Assembly: GCA_011191985.1 (NCBI GenBank)
Contig: DUEU01000071.1
Span: forward strand, 1,283-55,348
Length of the DNA stretch: 54,066 bases
Direction of reading: 5' to 3'
From: Dehalococcoidia bacterium
Lineage (GTDB): Bacteria > Chloroflexota > Dehalococcoidia > Dehalococcoidales > W111
This document shows positions 48,550-54,066 of the stretch, in pieces. The position numbers were made by a program, and so were the translations under genes. Under the pieces are notes generated by a model. The model was not told where the DNA came from. It did no database searches and was given only the letters and a program-made list of their open reading frames with translations. The first letter of the stretch is position 1, and each line of letters starts with the position of its first letter.

Positions 48550-49758
48550 GTGGCAAGAAAGAAGTTATTAACCTTAGTTGGTAGCATCTGTCTAATTCTG
48601 ATAGTGGCAAGCCTTTCCCTCATGACAGCTTGTAAGCCGGCAACACCCGAAGAGAAGACTTTGCAGATTGGCGGTCTTTGGGCTCTGTCAGGCTGGGCTT
48701 CAGCTAATGACGTTAAATCTGTCCAGGCCGCACAAATAGCAGTGGACATGTTTAATGAAAGAGGCGGACTTACTATTAACGGACAGAAATACAAGGTTGA
48801 GCTTGTCGTTGAGGATGTTAAATCTACTGCTGAAGGAGCTGCGGCTGCTGCCAACAGGCTTGTCTATGACAAAGGCATTAAGTTCATTGCCGGCGGTTTG
48901 GCGTTTATGACCGCGGGAGCCGGAACGGTAACTGAACCAGCCCAGGTGCTACGTTGCACATTCTACAACGTAGGTTCGCCCGGGGAATTAGGACCGGATG
49001 TACCGTACACCTTTTCTAGTACCTGCAACTTGGGAGGTGCTATAGCCGGCATTGAGTATCTCAAGCAGGCTTACCCTGATGTAAAAAACGTTGTTGAGAT
49101 TGAACCAGTGGGAGCCTTTTCACCCGATTTTGGTCTTCAGGTCAGGAATGTCTTCCAACAAGCTGGTATTTCTTTAGTTGGAGATGTGTTAACCTATCCT
49201 GACGAGATAGTGGACTTTGCCCCCTTTATAGCCAAGATTACGTCTCTAGACCCGGATGCCCTGTTTTCGGCAAGCGGAATGCCGCATCACTCTGGCGCTA
49301 TCCTTAAAGGGATAAGGGAAGCAGGCTGGAACAAACTTTATGCTATGGGCTGTCCCATGTCGGCTGTAGAGCTGGTAGCCATCAGCGGTAAGGATACAGC
49401 CACAAATACCTTCACTCTATGTGATGTTGAGGGAGCACCTGGGACGCCGCCTGTCTTAGCTGAGTTCCAATCTAGGACCAGGGCAGAATTAGACGACGTA
49501 AGTCTCATGTTAGGGTACGGGGCAAATTGTGTATGGACCCTGCTAAGTGCCATTCAGGCGGCACAAAGCCTTGATCCAACTGTGGTCAAAGACACTTGGG
49601 AGAATCTGGATACTATTGATACTCTTTATGGAACCGGGTGGATGGGTGGACAGGAAACTTATGGGATTAAACACCAAGTAGGTTACAAAATGCCAGTACA
49701 GGTTATTGAAAATGGCGAGGGCAAGTTTGGTGACTGGATAGAGGTTCGCATCCCGTAG
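48550..49758 (+). CDS. ABC transporter substrate-binding lipoprotein (LivK/PBP1 type), solitary
   Basis: Lipobox MTA-C, IGGLWALSG, NERGG, DFAPFIAKI; AAGGAGG RBS. Confidence 0.85.
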   Translation: MARKKLLTLVGSICLILIVASLSLMTACKPATPEEKTLQIGGLWALSGWASANDVKSVQAAQIAVDMFNERGGLTINGQKYKVELVVEDVKSTAEGAAAAANRLVYDKGIKFIAGGLAFMTAGAGTVTEPAQVLRCTFYNVGSPGELGPDVPYTFSSTCNLGGAIAGIEYLKQAYPDVKNVVEIEPVGAFSPDFGLQVRNVFQQAGISLVGDVLTYPDEIVDFAPFIAKITSLDPDALFSASGMPHHSGAILKGIREAGWNKLYAMGCPMSAVELVAISGKDTATNTFTLCDVEGAPGTPPVLAEFQSRTRAELDDVSLMLGYGANCVWTLLSAIQAAQSLDPTVVKDTWENLDTIDTLYGTGWMGGQETYGIKHQVGYKMPVQVIENGEGKFGDWIEVRIP

Positions 49759-49793
49759 GTAATGTTCCGCAGGTAATATTGTGCTATGCTGTG

Positions 49794-49835
49794 ACAATCG
49801 TGGGCGGGGGAATTAGCCCCTCCCACGATTGTTTA
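49794..49835 (+). terminator. intrinsic terminator
   Basis: ACAATCGTGGG..GGGG / CCCC..CCCACGATTGT stem followed by TTAATT. Confidence 0.7.
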
Positions 49836-49961
49836 ATTATTGCGATATCTAACATTCATAAGTAAAAGGCCTGAAACGCTGAGTAGGATAACGCGGTACG
49901 GACATTAACGAACCGCGCACAGTCAGGCGGGGTGCGTATAGACTTCCCCTAGGAACGCTCG

Positions 49962-50060
49962 CTACTTCTTCTTGGGAGGTGCTTTCTTTACTCTTCCCGG
50001 TTTGGTTGCCGGTTTATCGACATACAGTTCCGGATGGTGGCGTCTACAGGTCTGGCACAT
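49962..50060 (-). CDS. 32-aa small protein MCQTCRRHHPELYVDKPATKPGRVKKAPPKKK
   Basis: Manual translation; SD AAAGGAGGT 7 nt before ATG; below the ORF-track size cutoff. Confidence 0.6.
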   Translation of the reverse strand: MCQTCRRHHPELYVDKPATKPGRVKKAPPKKK

Positions 50061-50411
50061 GTTCGTGACCTCCTTTGGCTACTCGAATTACATCAGGTCG
50101 TTGGATTCCCTGACAAAATGGCAACCTGTAAATGTACGGTGGCTCTGGCGTTACCTCTAGTCAGATCGTGCACCTCACTGACCAAGTCCTCAATGTCGTG
50201 ATTATCTAAAATGGAACTGGCACAAGTAGGTATTAATACGTAGATGTTGGCAGTTGGAAATAGGTATCACGGCGGAAGCCAGTTTAGTCTGTTGGTGGTA
50301 AATTAGTAGTGGAGGTAGGAGGAAAGGAGGAAAATTTAAAGAAATCTCTGCGGCTTAGCTCCGTAATCCTCTTACCTCCGGCAAATATCAGCTTGGGAGG
50401 GGGTGTGAGCA

Positions 50412-50582
50412 ATGGAATGGCAGTTCATAGTAGCGCTGGTGATTGCCATCCCTATAATCCTTTTCCCGGCAGCGTTTGTCTGGTACCTGAATATCGGCGG
50501 TATTTATGCCGCCATCAGGGAAGCACGGGCAAGAAGAGCTGCCCACGAAAAGGAAGTTAGGGAAGCTGTTAAAGCCAAGTAG
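50412..50582 (+). CDS. 56-aa small membrane protein (WYLNIGG motif)
   Basis: Manual translation MEWQFIVALVIAIPIILFPAAFVWYLNIGGIYAAIREARARR..; GGAGG RBS; paralog of the next ORF. Confidence 0.8.
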   Translation: MEWQFIVALVIAIPIILFPAAFVWYLNIGGIYAAIREARARRAAHEKEVREAVKAK

Positions 50583-50633
50583 AAGATATACGAAGCAAGG
50601 CGAACAGAAAAATTCTGAAGGGAGGGACTGATA

Positions 50634-50843
50634 ATGCAGTGGCAGGTCATAGTGGCTCTGGCAGTGGTGATACCTATTATCCTTATTCCGGTGTTGTTTG
50701 TCTGGTATCTGAATATCGGCGGTGTCTATTCTGCCATTAAGGCCAGGCAAGCTGCCCGGGCACAAAGGAGGAAGGTGAAGGTGGCGGCAGACGCCATGCA
50801 GCGTGCTGCCATAGTCGTTAATGAAGAATCCGCGAAAAGTTAG
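50634..50843 (+). CDS. 69-aa small membrane protein (WYLNIGG motif)
   Basis: MQWQVIVALAVVIPIILIPVLFVWYLNIGGVY; GGAGG RBS. Confidence 0.8.
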   Translation: MQWQVIVALAVVIPIILIPVLFVWYLNIGGVYSAIKARQAARAQRRKVKVAADAMQRAAIVVNEESAKS

Positions 50844-50955
50844 TGTTGACAAAGCCGTACGAGAATTAATTAAAATAAGTGGAGAGTGGCATGCACGGTT
50901 TTTCGGTGTCTCTAGGTGATAGCCTTCTGCCTCAGTGGAAAGGAGGAGACTACTT

Positions 50956-53900
50956 GTGGAACTAAACCGCAGAGATTTTTTAAAGCTGTCAGGAATAGGT
51001 ACCGGTGCCGCTGTAGCTTTTAGTCTCCTTCCCTATACAGCGGCATTTGCTGCCCCCAGAGAGTTCCCTCTAAAGAGAAAGGTCAAAGAGACCAGCACCG
51101 TCTGCTGCTACTGCTCTGTTGGCTGCGGAGCAATTGTAACGGCATATGAGGATGGAATCATCAAGATTGAGGGGGACCCCGACCATCCCATCAATGAGGG
51201 TGCGTTATGTCCCAAGGGGCAGGCTATGGCTCAGATTCACCAAGTTAATGGTGAGCCCAACCAGTACCGGCTTACTAAACCTCTGTATCGGGCGCCAAAC
51301 GCCGAAGACTGGGAAGAAAAGTCGTGGGACTGGATGATAGAGACAATCGCTAGAAGGGTTAAGAATACCCGTGATAATAACTGGAACAATTCGGCGAACC
51401 GGACCGATGCCATTGCCAGCCTGGGCGGTGGCGAGCTGGATAATGAAGAGTGTTATCTGCTGACTAAGATGAACCGTGCCCTCGGCGTTGTGTATTTAGA
51501 GCACTGTGCCCGTATCTGACATTCCTCTACAGTTGCGGCTCTGGCAGAGTCGTTCGGTAGGGGAGCAATGACCAACCATTATATTGACCTTAGAAATGCC
51601 GACTGTGTGATGATTATTGGCTCCAATGCAGCCGAGAACCATCCCATATCATTCAAATGGATTACCAGGGCGATGGAGAAGGGGGCCAAGCTTATCAACG
51701 TTGATCCGCGCTTCACTCGCACCTCTTCCAAGGCAGATATCTATGCGCCAATAAGGTCTGGTACCGATATCGCCTTTATCGGTGGCATAATAAACTACGT
51801 GCTTAATGACATGGAGAAAAATCCCGGTAACTACAATATGGAATATGTGAAGCAGTATACCAATGCCGCTCTTATTATCAATCCTGAGTTTACTTTCAAT
51901 AACGGGCTATTCGGAGAAATAAGTAGTGGTAATTATACTGCTGCTTCAAAGAACACCTGGAAATATGCCGATACAAAAGCGCCAGCCGCTGACCTGACTT
52001 TAAAAGACCCCAATTGTGTCTTCCAGTTGATGAAAAAGCATTACTCACGCTATGACGTGGATACAGTATGTAATATTACTGGTACCCCTAAGAATGTTTA
52101 CCTGGAGGTTATCAAGGCCTATACGGCAACAGGTAAAAAGGGTAAGGCAGGTACTATTTGTTATGCCATGGGCACCACCCAGCACACTTATGGCACCCAG
52201 AATATCAGAAGCTATGCCATACTCCAGCTTCTGCTGGCCAACATGGGTGTTGCCGGTGGTGGCATAAATGCCCTGCGGGGCACATCCAATGTGCAGGGCT
52301 CCACTGATATGTGCCTGCTGTCTCATATCCTGCCCGGTTATCTCAATGTACCGGTTGAAAGCGACACTGATCTTGAAACATACCTGAAGCGAAGTGATAA
52401 GCACCCTGATGTCACCATCACACCTCAAGGCCTGGCTGGTGATACCAGTTCTAACTGGTGGGGCAACGCCAAGAAGTACACAGTCAGCTTGCTCAAGGCC
52501 TGGTATGGTGATGCTGCTACCAAGGACAATGAATTTTGCTTCAATTACCTGCCCAGAGTTGACTCCAAGGTAAACTACACCCATATCGGGATGTTTGAGG
52601 CCATGGGGCAGGGCAAAATCAAGGGACTCTGGGTCTGGGGGCAAAATCCAGCAGCGGGAGGTCCTAATTCTAACGGGGAGCGGGAAGCACTGGCAAAGCT
52701 GGATTGGCTTGTTGCCGCCGACATATGGATGAACGAGACCTCTGAGTTCTGGAAGAGACCCGGCGTAAATCCGTCTGACATCAATACCGAGGTATTTATT
52801 TTACCGGCAGCCTGCTCCTATGAAAAGGAGGGGAGCATCAGTAACAGTGGGCGCTGGGCACAGTGGCGCTACAAGGCAGTGGAACCCCCAGGGGAAGCCA
52901 TGGCCGACCTGGAGATTATGAACCTCGTTATGCTGAAGCTGAAAGAGCTTTATCAGGCAGAAAGCACCCCCCAAGCCAGGCCAATCATGGACTTGGACTG
53001 GAATTATGGGGAGCATATTACTGCTGATGCCGTGGCAAGAGAGGTCAATGGCTATGACCTGACCACCGGTAAGCTGGTCGCCAGCTTCGCGGCATTGAAG
53101 GACGACGGCACTACCACGTCCGGTAACTGGCTATACTGCAACCAGTACTCTGAAGAAGAAGGCAACAAATGCGCCAGACGTGGCATGGTGGATTCACATC
53201 CCCGGCAGATCGGGCTTTATTCTAACTGGTCATGGTGCTGGCCGTTAAACCGGCGCATTATTTACAACCGGGCATCCGTTGACCTTAATGGGATACCCTG
53301 GGATGGTGAGCGACCTGTTATCCTTTATGACAGTGCGACAAAGAAGTGGGAAGGTGATGTTCCCGATGGCGGCTGGCCACCCATTAATAAAGCGGAAACT
53401 GGAGCAAAATATCTACCCTTTATCATGAAGCCGGAAGGCGTAGCACGACTCTGGGGCTATGGCCGTGTCGAGGGACCGCTGCCCGAAGCCTATGAGCCGT
53501 GGGAAAGCCCGTTAGATAAGAACCTGATGTCTGGAACCAAGACTAATCCTTGTGCTTTTATCGGCACTTACATGAATGAGCGGGGCACGCCGGATAAATA
53601 TCCTTGTGTGGGCACTACTTATCGCTGCACCGAGCACTGGCAGACCGGTATCATGACCCGGAACCTCCCCTGGCTGGTGGAACTCATGCCCAATATGTAT
53701 GTAGAGATGGACGAGGAACTGGCTGCCGACAAGGGTATTAAAGGTGGCGATAATGTCGTGGTGAGTTCGGCGCGAGGGGAAATCAGCGCTGTGGCGGTAG
53801 TCACCAGGCGCTTCCGACCGCTGCGAGTGGATGGGCAGACCATCCATCACATAGGCGTAATCTGGCACTTCGGTTACAGCGGCATGGCGAAGGGTGATAG

Positions 53901-53988
53901 TGGCAACATCCTTACTCCGCATGTTGGTGATGCCAACACGACCATTCCGGAATACAAGACATTCCTGTGCAATGTGAGGAGGGCATAA
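50956..53988 (+). CDS. fdnG: formate dehydrogenase-N alpha subunit, selenocysteine-containing (U188), Tat-exported
   Basis: NRRDFLK Tat motif, CCYCSVGC..LCPKG, ARI-U-HSSTVAALAESFGRGAMTN across TGA 51517-51519, ALRG..NVQG; GTG 50956 follows AGGAGG. Confidence 0.95.
51535..51553 (+). promoter_or_regulatory. SECIS hairpin of fdnG
   Basis: GCGGCTCT-GGC-AGAGTCGT stem-loop; G-first loop 23 nt after the UGA. Confidence 0.75.
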
Positions 53989-53989
53989 G

Positions 53990-54066
53990 ATGGGTAAAGG
54001 AGTATTATGTGACGCAACCAAATGCATAGGATGCCGGGCCTGTCAGGTGGCCTGCAAGCAGTGGAA
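53990..54066 (+). CDS. fdnH: formate dehydrogenase beta (Fe-S) subunit, partial
   Basis: MGKGVLCDATKCIGCRACQVACKQW; truncated by window end. Confidence 0.88.
   Translation, partial: MGKGVLCDATKCIGCRACQVACKQW

Overview
Anaerobic bacterial chromosome segment; gene content and protein style suggest Chloroflexota, class Dehalococcoidia (inference, not tested). Left part is housekeeping: sucC-like fragment, 4-hydroxybutyryl-CoA dehydratase-purDEBC, hisZ-hisG(tandem)-hisD-hisC-hisB, nfeD/SPFH, birA. The middle is a catabolic block: GltD-like flavoprotein + aldehyde:ferredoxin oxidoreductase, PrpD-like, CapA-like, acyl-CoA dehydrogenase, 2-hydroxyacyl-CoA dehydratase with activase, Fe-ADH. Best candidate for an undescribed system (29-40 kb): a ccm cytochrome c maturation operon divergent from an operon encoding a tethered double-rhodanese lipoprotein, an 11-heme c-type cytochrome lipoprotein with an in-frame TGA followed by a SECIS-like hairpin (predicted selenoprotein, split in the ORF track), a Tat-exported 4x[4Fe-4S] subunit and a cytochrome b anchor. 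A CstR-like CsoR-family repressor lies downstream, and matching ATACC-N7-GGTAT operators overlap two promoters; this is proposed as a persulfide-responsive extracytoplasmic sulfur-redox module. Second highlight: a Tyr/Phe leader-peptide attenuator (YYYYFAF) inside the his operon in front of hisC. The right end has an AprAB-like/GlcDF-like redox cluster, unannotated small ORFs and a selenocysteine formate dehydrogenase (fdnG-fdnH). No CRISPR, tRNA/rRNA or mobile element was seen.
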